DNA of 64,000 nt from an uncultured archaeon (GCA_964486045.1 CAZALK010000020.1:23510-87509), one strand, 5' to 3'. Numbered from the stretch's first letter, positions 32,258 through 41,802 are shown. Numbers and translations are program-made. The notes: a model not told the origin generated them from the letters alone.

Positions 32258-33007
32258 ATGAATAATGAAGATAAAGAGAAAACCTATGGGATTGAAGAAA
32301 TATATGAAATGCTTGATAAAAAATTGAATCATGAAGAAATTTACAATTATATTGAAACAGGTATATTAGAGGGACAGATGGTTGATGATAAATGGCAGAT
32401 GACTCAAAAATCTATAAATAGTTTTATGAAAACTTTAGCTGAAGAAAGAGCATATATGGTTGGACCTTTTACACTGGATATTTCAGATATTAAATTAGAA
32501 GGTAGGATTCTAGACATAGGAGGAGGTGGAGAAGGGATTATAGGACAATTTAAGAAAGAACAAGTAATCGCAATTGATAAAAAAAAGAACGAGTTAGAAG
32601 GAGCACCTAAAAGTGGTGACTTAAAAATAATTATGGATGCGAAAGACTTGAAATTCTTAGATAATACATTTGATACTGTTACCGCGTTTTTTTCGATGAT
32701 GTACGTTCCTTTTAGTGATCACATTCTAATTTTTCAAGAAATTTGTAGAGTGTTAAAAATAGATGGGGAATTTTTACTCTGGGATGTTAATATCCCTAAG
32801 AGGACAAATAAATCAAAAGATATTTATGGGGTGACCCTAAAGGTTAAAATTCCTGAAAAAATGATAGAAACGGGTTATGGTGTATTTTGGGTTAGAAAAA
32901 AAGATGTAGATTATTACAAACAGGTTGCTACAAATACTGGATTTAAGATTTTAGAGCAAAAAGTAGAAAATCAAATATTCTTCTTACGATTCAAGAAAGA
33001 GATATAA
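32258..33007 (+). CDS. Class I SAM methyltransferase with N-terminal excisionase/MerR-like HTH
   Basis: IYNYIETGILEG....KW N-terminus; ILDIGGGGEG, MDAKDLKF.DNTFD, EICRVLK.DG; GAGGTGA RBS. Confidence 0.8.
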   Translation: MNNEDKEKTYGIEEIYEMLDKKLNHEEIYNYIETGILEGQMVDDKWQMTQKSINSFMKTLAEERAYMVGPFTLDISDIKLEGRILDIGGGGEGIIGQFKKEQVIAIDKKKNELEGAPKSGDLKIIMDAKDLKFLDNTFDTVTAFFSMMYVPFSDHILIFQEICRVLKIDGEFLLWDVNIPKRTNKSKDIYGVTLKVKIPEKMIETGYGVFWVRKKDVDYYKQVATNTGFKILEQKVENQIFFLRFKKEI

Positions 33008-33056
33008 TAATTAAGTTGAAATTATGACAAATTCTACCATTAATCAAACGGGTGTC

Positions 33057-33581
33057 TTATAAAGATTCTGCTAGCTCGTTAATTTTAACTAGTACTTCTT
33101 CTGGAGTGCTTACTCCATAGACAATATCATTTCTCCTATCATCTATTTTTTGATTGGCAATTTTAGAAGACCACCCTTCAACACTTGACAAAGCAACAAT
33201 AGGTTTATTGTATATCCATGCGAAACTAATTTCAGATAAGGTTCCTGCCTTACCACTAATAGCTAAACATATATCTCCCGTGAGAACAACTACTATATTT
33301 CTCGCTTGAGAAAAGGGACATGGAATTACAATATCTACATATTTATTAGCACGATCTTTTTCCTTGTATGGTATAATTCCAATGGTTAATCCATTATTTT
33401 CTTTGACACCTTTACAAATAGCCTTCATTACTCCAGATAACCCACCACAAGCTACAGCGTAGTTATTTTTTGCGAGTAATCTCCCAATTTCAATTGTTTT
33501 ATCCTCTATTTCTTTACTGATTTCGCTTGCTCCAATAACAGATATTACTGCTTTATAATTATCTTTAAAATTAAATTTCAG
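33057..33581 (-). CDS. LOG-family (Rossmann-fold nucleotide-binding) protein, extended to a CTG start
   Basis: The frame is open upstream of the track ATG: LKFNFKDNYKAVISVIGAS...IGRLLAKNNYAVACGGLSGVMKA. GGAGG lies 10 nt before CTG 33581. ARN and GTLSE motifs present. Confidence 0.85.
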   Translation of the reverse strand: MKFNFKDNYKAVISVIGASEISKEIEDKTIEIGRLLAKNNYAVACGGLSGVMKAICKGVKENNGLTIGIIPYKEKDRANKYVDIVIPCPFSQARNIVVVLTGDICLAISGKAGTLSEISFAWIYNKPIVALSSVEGWSSKIANQKIDDRRNDIVYGVSTPEEVLVKINELAESL

Positions 33582-33619
33582 CTTAATTATCCCTCCGTTT
33601 ATTGTAATTAAAAGAATTT

Positions 33620-34633
33620 TTAAGACATGGTTTGTCTTTTTATCCCAATGTTAACTAAATCATTTATAATTGCTGATGCTGCCTCAAAACCACCTGCTCC
33701 TCTCCCTATTAAGATTATTGGTCCTGCGTATTTAGTTTGTAATTCGATTACATTTAAAGTTCCATTTATATTTAATGGGGAAGACTTGTCAATTAACATT
33801 GGTTTAACAATAAGTTTATTTGATTCTGCCATCGCTAAATGTTTTATTACATAACCCTCTGATTTTGCAAGATCTATTGCCTGAGGTGTTATTTTTGAAA
33901 TGCCTTCAATTTTAACATCAGTTATGCTTTTTGAATAATCCAGTAAATCATTAGCTATTATTACCAATTTGCCTGCCGCATCATACCCCTCAATATCTAA
34001 CGTCGGATCTGTTTCAGCATATCCCAATTCCTGTGCTTCACTCAATGCAAAAGCAAAATTAACACTTTCTGCAGTCATTCTACTCAAAATATAGTTATTC
34101 GTCCCATTAAGGATAGCCTTGATGCTTAAGATTTCATTTCCAATTAAATTCTCTCTTATACCTAAAGTTGGAACAGAACTAGCTACCGTAGCTTCATATT
34201 TTAAACTACAATTATTTTCTTTAGCTATGTTCTTAATTTTTTCATATTCTAAGTAGAAAGGACCTTTATTTGAAGAAATCACATCTATATGGTTCTTTAA
34301 AGCTTCAATGATGTGAGTAAGCCCAGGTTCACCCGTTTTGTGATTAGTGGGTGTGGTTTCGATACAAACATCAATTTTTAGTTTTGAAATTAAATCAATT
34401 GGCGTTACACCATTTTTCCAGTTTGGCAAATTTTTGATGTCTTTCTTGTTATTAAGTAACTCCTTTAAGCCAATTCCATCTTCTTTAATTAAAGCTCCAT
34501 CAATCTCAAATATTGAGTTCACATTAAATTTTAAATCAAATTTTCGTTCAAAAAATTCTTCTTTTTCATACAATAATTGAAGAAAACTAGTACCTACGAC
34601 ACCCATTCCAATTAAACAAATTTTAATGTCCAT
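33620..34633 (-). CDS. hom: Homoserine dehydrogenase
   Basis: IGMGVVG, SNKGP, YEATVA, ILNGTNNYIL, AQELGYAETDPTLDIEGYDAAGK, GRGAGG. Confidence 0.95.
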   Translation of the reverse strand: MDIKICLIGMGVVGTSFLQLLYEKEEFFERKFDLKFNVNSIFEIDGALIKEDGIGLKELLNNKKDIKNLPNWKNGVTPIDLISKLKIDVCIETTPTNHKTGEPGLTHIIEALKNHIDVISSNKGPFYLEYEKIKNIAKENNCSLKYEATVASSVPTLGIRENLIGNEILSIKAILNGTNNYILSRMTAESVNFAFALSEAQELGYAETDPTLDIEGYDAAGKLVIIANDLLDYSKSITDVKIEGISKITPQAIDLAKSEGYVIKHLAMAESNKLIVKPMLIDKSSPLNINGTLNVIELQTKYAGPIILIGRGAGGFEAASAIINDLVNIGIKRQTMS

Positions 34634-34732
34634 TTGCCTCAGGAGATCTTTTTTATTCTAAGATTTAGTTGATAAATTAAATTAGTCGGCTACCATACAA
34701 TTACCACGTTAATTATAAGAAATTAATTCCTT

Positions 34733-35224
34733 CTAATTCGTTATGAGAAATAATTCTTTTTCATCACAAATCATTCTAATTTCATTTACTATCTCATTTT
34801 TTGTAGTTCCTTCAGAAAATTCAATTTTAAGTTTTACATTACTAACTTCTTCAAATTCCGTAAAAACTGCATGCAATTCTAGCACTCTAATACTTTTAGA
34901 AGCCAATCTTTGTAATGTATCTAGAATATCTGTACCAAAAACATGTCCAGTTAAGAGAACAATTATACCCTTTCTTTCTATCCCATAACTAACATTCTCA
35001 ATTTGAATATTCTTTTCTTTTAACTCCAATTTAATATTTTGCATACTTATTTCTTTTATATCTTCAATCAGCTCAAAATTGATATTGACAGGTATCATAT
35101 TATTTATCTTCCTATCATGGAAGTGCAATATGCCATAAATGTTCCCCCCATTCTGCGAAATTGGCTTTATTAATTCTATTAAACTTCCTGGAGTATCAGG
35201 GATCTTTACTTCTAAATTTATCAT
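34733..35224 (-). CDS. ACT-domain protein, probable allosteric subunit of homoserine dehydrogenase
   Basis: LEVKIPDTPGSL...PIS..GGNI..I.H, LLTGHVFGTDI.DT; immediately upstream of hom. Confidence 0.8.
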   Translation of the reverse strand: MINLEVKIPDTPGSLIELIKPISQNGGNIYGILHFHDRKINNMIPVNINFELIEDIKEISMQNIKLELKEKNIQIENVSYGIERKGIIVLLTGHVFGTDILDTLQRLASKSIRVLELHAVFTEFEEVSNVKLKIEFSEGTTKNEIVNEIRMICDEKELFLITN

Positions 35225-35279
35225 AATTTAATCATTTCAAATTTTATTTTTTTTGCAGTTATATTGAATATGCTACTTC

Positions 35280-36242
35280 TTAAAATCTAATAACTTCTAC
35301 AGATTCAGTTCCATCGTTTATCTTCAAAAGATTTGGATCATTAATAATTTTACCTATTAAATTCGCATCTAACCCATATTCTTGAAAAATCTGTATCAAT
35401 TCATTTGTTTTATGTACTGGAGCAGTTAATATGAATGAAGTAGTGAGATACATTTGAATAAATGTTTGTAGATCATAATTTTCATCTAATAATACTGGTG
35501 GTATTTTGATTTTTGTAATATCCACATTAGCACCTACATTTGAATATTTTACCATTTGTAATATCGTTCCAAAAATTCCGCCATTAGATACATCCTTTGA
35601 TGAGTTAGCTAAATTCTTTTTTGCAATAGCATTCATAGCTTTTCTTTTCTGTAATACATGTTCAGATAATTTAAAAGTAGTTGTGTCATAATAAAGATTA
35701 CTTGCTGTGCTTACTCTTCCATCAAAATCAACAGCTAAGATTATATCATCTCCTACTTGGGCGTTTCCAGCAGAGATATAATCTTCCTTCTGAATTTCAC
35801 CAATCATGGTAGAACTTAATTCATAACATTTCCCATGTATATTTGTATGACCTCTTATAATTGGAACTCTAAATTTATTAGATCCCTCACATATCCCCTT
35901 TAGAATTTCTTCACATGATTCAGGATCCTTTACAGAAATTATTATACTTGCTGCGAGTGGGGTACCACCACATGCATAAATATCATCAACACTGACTAAA
36001 ATAGAACTATACCCTGCTCCGCGCCCAAAATTCTCGATAAAAGATGTTTTTATCCTATCGGTTGTTACAAGTATATATTTTTCGTTATTTTTTATCGCTG
36101 CCGCGTCTTCTCCGATGTCTAAATAGATATCTGTACTTTTAAAAGAATTTTTATCAATATACTGAATTATCGGGGTAATTTCTTTCTTTTCAATAATATT
36201 TTTATTGGTTTTAATGGTTTCAGCAATCTTTTTAAGTATCAT
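35280..36242 (-). CDS. AIR synthase (PurM/ThiL/SelD superfamily)-related protein
   Basis: GEDAAAI, VSVDDIYACGGTP, PIIRGHT, AQVGD, SKDVSNGGIFGT. Confidence 0.85.
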   Translation of the reverse strand: MILKKIAETIKTNKNIIEKKEITPIIQYIDKNSFKSTDIYLDIGEDAAAIKNNEKYILVTTDRIKTSFIENFGRGAGYSSILVSVDDIYACGGTPLAASIIISVKDPESCEEILKGICEGSNKFRVPIIRGHTNIHGKCYELSSTMIGEIQKEDYISAGNAQVGDDIILAVDFDGRVSTASNLYYDTTTFKLSEHVLQKRKAMNAIAKKNLANSSKDVSNGGIFGTILQMVKYSNVGANVDITKIKIPPVLLDENYDLQTFIQMYLTTSFILTAPVHKTNELIQIFQEYGLDANLIGKIINDPNLLKINDGTESVEVIRF

Positions 36243-36337
36243 TTATGAAATTAATATAAAGTTATTAATAATTAATTTTTCTTAATTTACCTAAGGAAAT
36301 TTAAAATTTATAATATAAACAAAAATTATTTTATACA

Positions 36338-37837
36338 ATGGAAAGATTATTTGAATCTTCGCTAATTAAAGGATTTATATTTAGTGCCTACGGGGAACTA
36401 GGACCACAACCCGTTTATACATGGCCTAATTATTATACCGAAAAAGAAATAAAACAAATTAAAACTGAAGAAAAGAAATCTCTAATTTTATCATTAAGGG
36501 ATGTCACTCAAATCTCAATAAAGAATCTCAGCTTATTTATAAGTGACAGAGAATTCTCACAAGAAAAAGACTTCCAAAATCTAAGATATTTCGCTATTTT
36601 ACCCTATCCTGATTTTAAAGCAACATCTCTCACTTATTTTCATTATATTGAAAATGGTACTTTTGACCTACCTGTCGCCACCGCATTTTCAATATTAGTT
36701 GAGGAATATAGAAGAAGTTTCTTATACAATAATATAAACAGAATTAAACCGATAGTATCTGAATTCTTTACTCGGTTTGATCAAAAATTACTTGAGAATT
36801 ATCCTCCTAAAGAAGAAATAGAAGAATTTTTTATTGAGTTGTTTAAACAGCTTAATGAGATTGAAAAAAATCCATCAACCCCGATCACCTCTCACCGAAA
36901 ATTAAAACTTATTTTTGCAGGTTTAGATGATTCTGGTAAAACCAGCTTCCTTTTAAGTGTTGATCGTAAATATAGTAAACTTATTGGGTTAAAACCAACT
37001 ACAGGAGCGAGTATCAAATCAATTGAAGCTCTAGGTGCTACAATCTTTTTGTGGGACTTAGGTGGCCAGTTGAAATTTCGAAGAAAGTATATAGATAAGG
37101 CTGAGATTTACTTATATGAAGCTGATTTAATTTTCTATTTTATTGACGTAAGAAATGAAAGTAGATTTGAAGAAAGCATAGAATATCTTCTTAGCATAAA
37201 AAAAGTATTAGGAGATTTTAAACAAAATACTCCAATTGTCTACATATTATCAAAAGGAGATTCTGATATTATAAATACAGGAGAAATCAAAAATAATATT
37301 GAAAATGTGAAGAAAAAACTATTTGAAATTACTCCTAAAGAATCCCCTGAATTATATGTCACCAGTATCTTTCAAATTTTTACAATTCTAAGGGCATTTT
37401 CTTCTGGAATTTCAAAATTAAGCCCTAATAGAAATTTAATAAATCATAACCTTAGAAATTTCTCTCTTAAAACAAAGGCTTTTTTAACATTACTCTTAAG
37501 TGAAGATGGTTTAGTTTTAGCAGACTTCTATTCCTCAAAAGCAAAGAAACTAACAAAGATTCCCAAATCTGAGGAACTCATAAATGTTTTTGAGGTAACT
37601 GCACCTCAATTTGCCATGCTATTTAAAATCTTCTCAAGATTCAAAGCTTTAAAAGAAGAAGAAGCGATATTTAAAGTGTCTGATTCTGTAATCCTTTTTA
37701 AAAGGATCAAAGTTGTTGAGGAAAACATGTTCATTCTATTTCTGGTTGATAATGAGAAAAGAAAGGAAAAAATCAACATTAAATTGCCCGTTTTCTTAGA
37801 GCAAACAAAAGAGTTATTGTTAAGATATATTGCATAA
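36338..37837 (+). CDS. uDENN/longin-like domain + Arf/Rag-like small GTPase + roadblock-like domain
   Basis: SAYGELGPQP, ILPYPD; GLDDSGKTS, PTTG, WDLGGQ, SKGD, TSI; LLLSEDGLVLA; collinear paralogue of 23815-25281. Confidence 0.85.
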   Translation: MERLFESSLIKGFIFSAYGELGPQPVYTWPNYYTEKEIKQIKTEEKKSLILSLRDVTQISIKNLSLFISDREFSQEKDFQNLRYFAILPYPDFKATSLTYFHYIENGTFDLPVATAFSILVEEYRRSFLYNNINRIKPIVSEFFTRFDQKLLENYPPKEEIEEFFIELFKQLNEIEKNPSTPITSHRKLKLIFAGLDDSGKTSFLLSVDRKYSKLIGLKPTTGASIKSIEALGATIFLWDLGGQLKFRRKYIDKAEIYLYEADLIFYFIDVRNESRFEESIEYLLSIKKVLGDFKQNTPIVYILSKGDSDIINTGEIKNNIENVKKKLFEITPKESPELYVTSIFQIFTILRAFSSGISKLSPNRNLINHNLRNFSLKTKAFLTLLLSEDGLVLADFYSSKAKKLTKIPKSEELINVFEVTAPQFAMLFKIFSRFKALKEEEAIFKVSDSVILFKRIKVVEENMFILFLVDNEKRKEKINIKLPVFLEQTKELLLRYIA

Positions 37838-37856
37838 GTGCATTAATATACACACT

Positions 37857-38759
37857 TTAAAATAAAACTTTTAAAGGATTACTTTTTGAAATCTCTTTTT
37901 TTAAAACTCTTTTCCTATAATAGGAATTGACCCCAGAGATCAGAGCAACCGCAGGTACCACACATTTTGCGAACTTAAGTGGACCAAATAAAATGAAATC
38001 GCTTGGTGCACATGCACAATATACCATGATAGAGGCTATACTACCACATCGTGCAACCTCTCCATATTTCTTTATAAAATCCCAACCATAAATCACATTA
38101 GCAGGAGCACATCCTGTAGGTAATCCAAACTTATTTTTTACTAAATGAGATGTCTCAAAATTTATTGAAATTGATGGTAGATCTAACACTGCTGAATCGA
38201 CCAAAATATTTTCAATTTTTGCCTTCAATGCTTTTGGAATTAATATTTCTTCTAATAATTTTAATTTCTGCATAGGAAAAAGATATCTTCTCCCAAAAGT
38301 TAACAAAATTGCGTTTCTGACCCCGATATTTTTTAATCTTTCAAGGTTTTCCTCGGTTGTCGCTTCATCTATACTGTTTAAAATAGCTCGATCAAGCAAT
38401 CCTATTTCTTTTAATCCTTCCATTGCAGGAATACGAGAAAAATCAGTTAACCCATCAACCAAAAAAGGATAATCAACAATATCAGCTACAAATTCACACT
38501 CTTTTATGAGTGCTTTAGGGTATGCACCAACGACATCAATTATTCCCTGCATTTTTGTGTCTTCAATAATTTCAGTAAATTCATTTAATTCGTTTTCAAC
38601 GAGTAGTTTATCTATTTCACCGGTTTTCTCATTTAATAGCGCATCGTGATTCCCGTAAAAAACAGTACCGATCATCGCAATAGGGTTTTGGCCAGGATTT
38701 CCCCCAATTCGATTCTTCCCTATTTGCAATACTTTCTGTTCGGTTTCGAAATTTAGCAT
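37857..38759 (-). CDS. mtrH: Tetrahydromethanopterin S-methyltransferase subunit H family protein (stand-alone)
   Basis: FETEQKV..IG...IGGNPGQNP..MIGTVFY..H, AILNSI, VK.KFGLPTGCAPAN, DFILFGP. Confidence 0.9.
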   Translation of the reverse strand: MLNFETEQKVLQIGKNRIGGNPGQNPIAMIGTVFYGNHDALLNEKTGEIDKLLVENELNEFTEIIEDTKMQGIIDVVGAYPKALIKECEFVADIVDYPFLVDGLTDFSRIPAMEGLKEIGLLDRAILNSIDEATTEENLERLKNIGVRNAILLTFGRRYLFPMQKLKLLEEILIPKALKAKIENILVDSAVLDLPSISINFETSHLVKNKFGLPTGCAPANVIYGWDFIKKYGEVARCGSIASIMVYCACAPSDFILFGPLKFAKCVVPAVALISGVNSYYRKRVLKKEISKSNPLKVLF

Positions 38760-38833
38760 AATTCATGAATTTTTCGTTGTTATTTAATATAAAGAGAAAA
38801 ATGATTCTATTATTCTGCGTGAACAATTATCAT

Positions 38834-39706
38834 TTATACTTTATTTTCTGCAAATGGTTTATCCAACATTAGTAATTTAATAAAATTCGACACTTTATCA
38901 TCGGGAATTATCAAGAATTTTCCTTTTATAGAATAACCATGAGCTTTTGCCCATGGATTCATTTTTTCAGAATAAGTCTTTTTATCCATCCGTAACACCT
39001 TTCTGATTAAATTTAACTCAACTTTTTTTAATTTAGTGACAATTTCCTTTATTTTTTTCTTTCTATTATTCTTTACTGGCTCTCCCACCAAGGTTCCAAC
39101 ATATATAATGCTAATTATAAACTCGGGAATATACCGATGCATTAGAAGGACAATAATCGCAGCAATAAACGAGCTTGCGGCACTGATCGAGAAGTGAATA
39201 TCTACCCAAGCATATCCAATATTATATAATTGAATTTGAATCAACATTCGGATAATATTGACAACATAAAAAATAATTGATGAAATAATAAGAGCTTTAG
39301 TTTTTCTCCAAACTACATCCCTTTTTGTTTCCCTATCTTGGCTATGTGGCGTGAAAACAATCACACCTACAAAGATGACAATTGCCTGAACGCCTGTACA
39401 AAATGTCTCAAAATAAATGGATGATTTCCCAGGAATATTAAATTTCCAATGATACAATGGTCCTGGTTCATGAACAGCTGTAGCATTCATATTAAAAAAA
39501 AGATTTAGAAAATAAACTGTTTGCTTAACTGTAATTTCGTGTAACCAGTAATTCATCTCTAAATCGAAAAACAGATAAACCAAATAAGCAGAAATGGGTG
39601 CACCTATAGCTAATAAAATCAGAGATCTTATTGAAAAGATATATTTCTTTTCATTAAATTCGATTATTGGCTTTTTAAAATTCATTAATTCTTTAAACTT
39701 CTGCAT
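38834..39706 (-). CDS. Archaeosortase/exosortase-family protein with a basic C-terminal cytoplasmic domain
   Basis: FETFCTGVQ (Cys), VNIIRM (Arg) and WVDIH (His) in a multi-TM protein. Confidence 0.8.
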   Translation of the reverse strand: MQKFKELMNFKKPIIEFNEKKYIFSIRSLILLAIGAPISAYLVYLFFDLEMNYWLHEITVKQTVYFLNLFFNMNATAVHEPGPLYHWKFNIPGKSSIYFETFCTGVQAIVIFVGVIVFTPHSQDRETKRDVVWRKTKALIISSIIFYVVNIIRMLIQIQLYNIGYAWVDIHFSISAASSFIAAIIVLLMHRYIPEFIISIIYVGTLVGEPVKNNRKKKIKEIVTKLKKVELNLIRKVLRMDKKTYSEKMNPWAKAHGYSIKGKFLIIPDDKVSNFIKLLMLDKPFAENKV

Positions 39707-39926
39707 CCAATTTTTCCTCTCTGTCTTTCAAATGTTTAAAATGGTAATGAAATCTGTCTATAATTACATAATTTAAAATTAGTAATAATGGAATCATTAC
39801 AAACCCAAGATTATAAGAACTCTCTGAAGTTAATAAAGGAATAGAATACCCAATTATAAATGCAAACAATAAGTTAATAGATAATAATAGCCAAATTAAT
39901 ACTTTCTTCTTAATTATTTGTTCCAT
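39693..39926 (-). CDS. Small 2-TM protein overlapping the archaeosortase start
   Basis: Two hydrophobic helices; 14-nt overlap with 38834-39706. Confidence 0.65.
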   Translation of the reverse strand: MEQIIKKKVLIWLLLSINLLFAFIIGYSIPLLTSESSYNLGFVMIPLLLILNYVIIDRFHYHFKHLKDREEKLDAEV

Positions 39927-40162
39927 GGTTTACAAAACATAAATTTATGATATAAAAACAAATTAATCATGATAAAAAATCTTTATTAAAGGTTAAATAA
40001 ACTGATATTTAATTTTATTTCTAATCTCTTTTAGTCAATTTATTTAAAAGCTATTAGAAGCGCTTTTTAGGTTTGTTTTAGCCAAAAAATTAAAATTAAA
40101 TAATATGATAACTTAATATCTAATAGAAATTTCAGAATAAAAGGAGTTTGTGGAGTCCAACA

Positions 40163-40765
40163 ATGGTTCTTGAAGTGAAACCACCACCAAAAGAAAAAAA
40201 TAGTCTAACATATACTCTCCAAAATTTCGTTGCTAAGTCAATTTTGCCTATAGAAAAAGACTTAGACTTACCCTTATTGGCTACCAAATTAAACAATTCA
40301 AAATATGACAAAAACAGCTTTCCTGGACTTTTTGTAAGGTTTAAACACCCAAAGTGTGTGATTATAATTTTTAGGAATGGAAAACTAATCCTAACAGGTT
40401 TAAAATCAGCTTCTAATATAGATTTAGTCTTAAAAGAGTTAATTCTTAAATTAGAGAAAATTGAAACAATAGAGACATTGAAAGACCAAATCAAGGCTGA
40501 AATTGTTAATATTGTAGTCACTGCTAATTTATTTAGGGAAATAAACTTAGATGCGGCAGTGATTAAGTTAAATAATGCAATTTATGAGCCTGAGGTGTTT
40601 CCGGGATTAGTTTATCATTCCTCTTCTCCAGTAAAATCTGTTTTTTTGATTTTTAGTACAGGTAAAATCGTTCTCACGGGAATACGGGAAGAAAACGTAA
40701 TTGAACCTGTTTTAGTTAATCTTGGCCGTTTATTAAAAGAGGAAAATTTATTTAGAAATGTCTAA
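40163..40765 (+). CDS. tbp: TATA-box-binding protein (divergent paralogue)
   Basis: Two repeats: FPGLFVRF..PK..IIIFRNGKLILTG and YEPEVFPGLVY....SVFLIFSTGKIVLTG; ATG 40163 follows GGAG (the track start is TTG 40148). Confidence 0.9.
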   Translation: MVLEVKPPPKEKNSLTYTLQNFVAKSILPIEKDLDLPLLATKLNNSKYDKNSFPGLFVRFKHPKCVIIIFRNGKLILTGLKSASNIDLVLKELILKLEKIETIETLKDQIKAEIVNIVVTANLFREINLDAAVIKLNNAIYEPEVFPGLVYHSSSPVKSVFLIFSTGKIVLTGIREENVIEPVLVNLGRLLKEENLFRNV

Positions 40766-40892
40766 CCTCGGATCAACATTCAGTATAATTTATTAAAATT
40801 ATGAATAAGATTTTTTTTCTATGAAATATTGTAAATGTTGAAGAATAAAGTTAATTTTTAAAAAAATAAAATTTCATAAAGGGAGAATTAAT

Positions 40893-41747
40893 ATGTCAGA
40901 AAATAACCAGAGTAATCAAAACTCAGAAAAAGTAGAAGAAGCAGAAGCAAAAAAACCTGAGGATGAAGAAATAAAAGCTAAAACCAAATTCACTTTTAAA
41001 TGCACTCGAGGTGGCGATTGTTGCATAGCTCGTGGACCTATTCCTATTACTTTTTGGGATTTAGAATTATGGGCAAAAAATGGAGTTGTTGCAAATTTCA
41101 TGCCATATTTGGACATCTACCAAAAACCAGATGGAGCAATTGATTTAATATTAAAACCATTACCCCCAAAACCTAAAGAAGGAGAAGAAGAAGATACTAA
41201 AAAAGATCCATTCGGGGGGGGTATTCCGATTGAAGAATTACTTGATGTCAAGTGCCCGTTGTATAATAAGGATGATAAAAAATGTCTTATTTATGACAAT
41301 CGTCCACTAAGTTGCAGAACTTATCCTTTGGAATTTGATGGAAAGAATTATATCTTAGTCGATGCTGATTGTCCTGGTATAGGTGAATCGGGCATGACTA
41401 AGGAAGAATTAGTGAAGATGAGAGAAACAGCAAAAACAATGAATTATGAATTAACAAGGATGAGAATCGCTTTACCAGTTTTAAATCAAGTTGTCTCCAA
41501 TAATTTTATGAGAATGCTAATGAAACAACAAATGAATGCCATGAGTAATATGTCAGATGATGATCGGGGCAAACTTGACGATATACTCAAAAAACAAGAA
41601 CCGGAACATAACCATGACTCAGAACATAACCATGACTTAGAACATGATCATGACTCAGAACATGATCACGACTCAGAACATGATCACGACTCTGAACATG
41701 ATCACGACTCAGAACATGATCACGACTCAGAACATGATCATGAATAA
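40893..41747 (+). CDS. YkgJ-family cysteine-cluster protein with His/Asp-rich tail
   Basis: FKCTRGGDCC, CPLY.....CLIYDNRPLSCRTYP, CPGIG; (EHDHDS)n tail. Confidence 0.88.
   Translation: MSENNQSNQNSEKVEEAEAKKPEDEEIKAKTKFTFKCTRGGDCCIARGPIPITFWDLELWAKNGVVANFMPYLDIYQKPDGAIDLILKPLPPKPKEGEEEDTKKDPFGGGIPIEELLDVKCPLYNKDDKKCLIYDNRPLSCRTYPLEFDGKNYILVDADCPGIGESGMTKEELVKMRETAKTMNYELTRMRIALPVLNQVVSNNFMRMLMKQQMNAMSNMSDDDRGKLDDILKKQEPEHNHDSEHNHDLEHDHDSEHDHDSEHDHDSEHDHDSEHDHDSEHDHE
41604..41747 (+). repeat. 18-bp coding tandem repeat, 8 units (the last contains the stop codon)
   Basis: Consensus GAACATGATCACGACTCA encoding EHDHDS. Confidence 0.97.
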
Positions 41748-41802
41748 CAAACTTTTTTCTTTATTATAATTTTTTTGTAAATAAATACAAACTGCTTGTA
41801 TT

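Noticed and set aside
35280-36242. SelD / selenoprotein system
   Set aside because: No N-terminal Cys/Sec-x-x-Lys motif; no in-frame TGA with conserved continuation seen except in the decayed queG fragment, where it replaces Trp.
37857-38759. Evidence of methanogenesis
   Set aside because: MtrH is stand-alone, with no mtrA-G or mcr genes; such copies are common in non-methanogens.
41604-41747. Possible CRISPR array
   Set aside because: Contiguous 18-bp units with no spacers, in frame within a CDS, and no cas genes.
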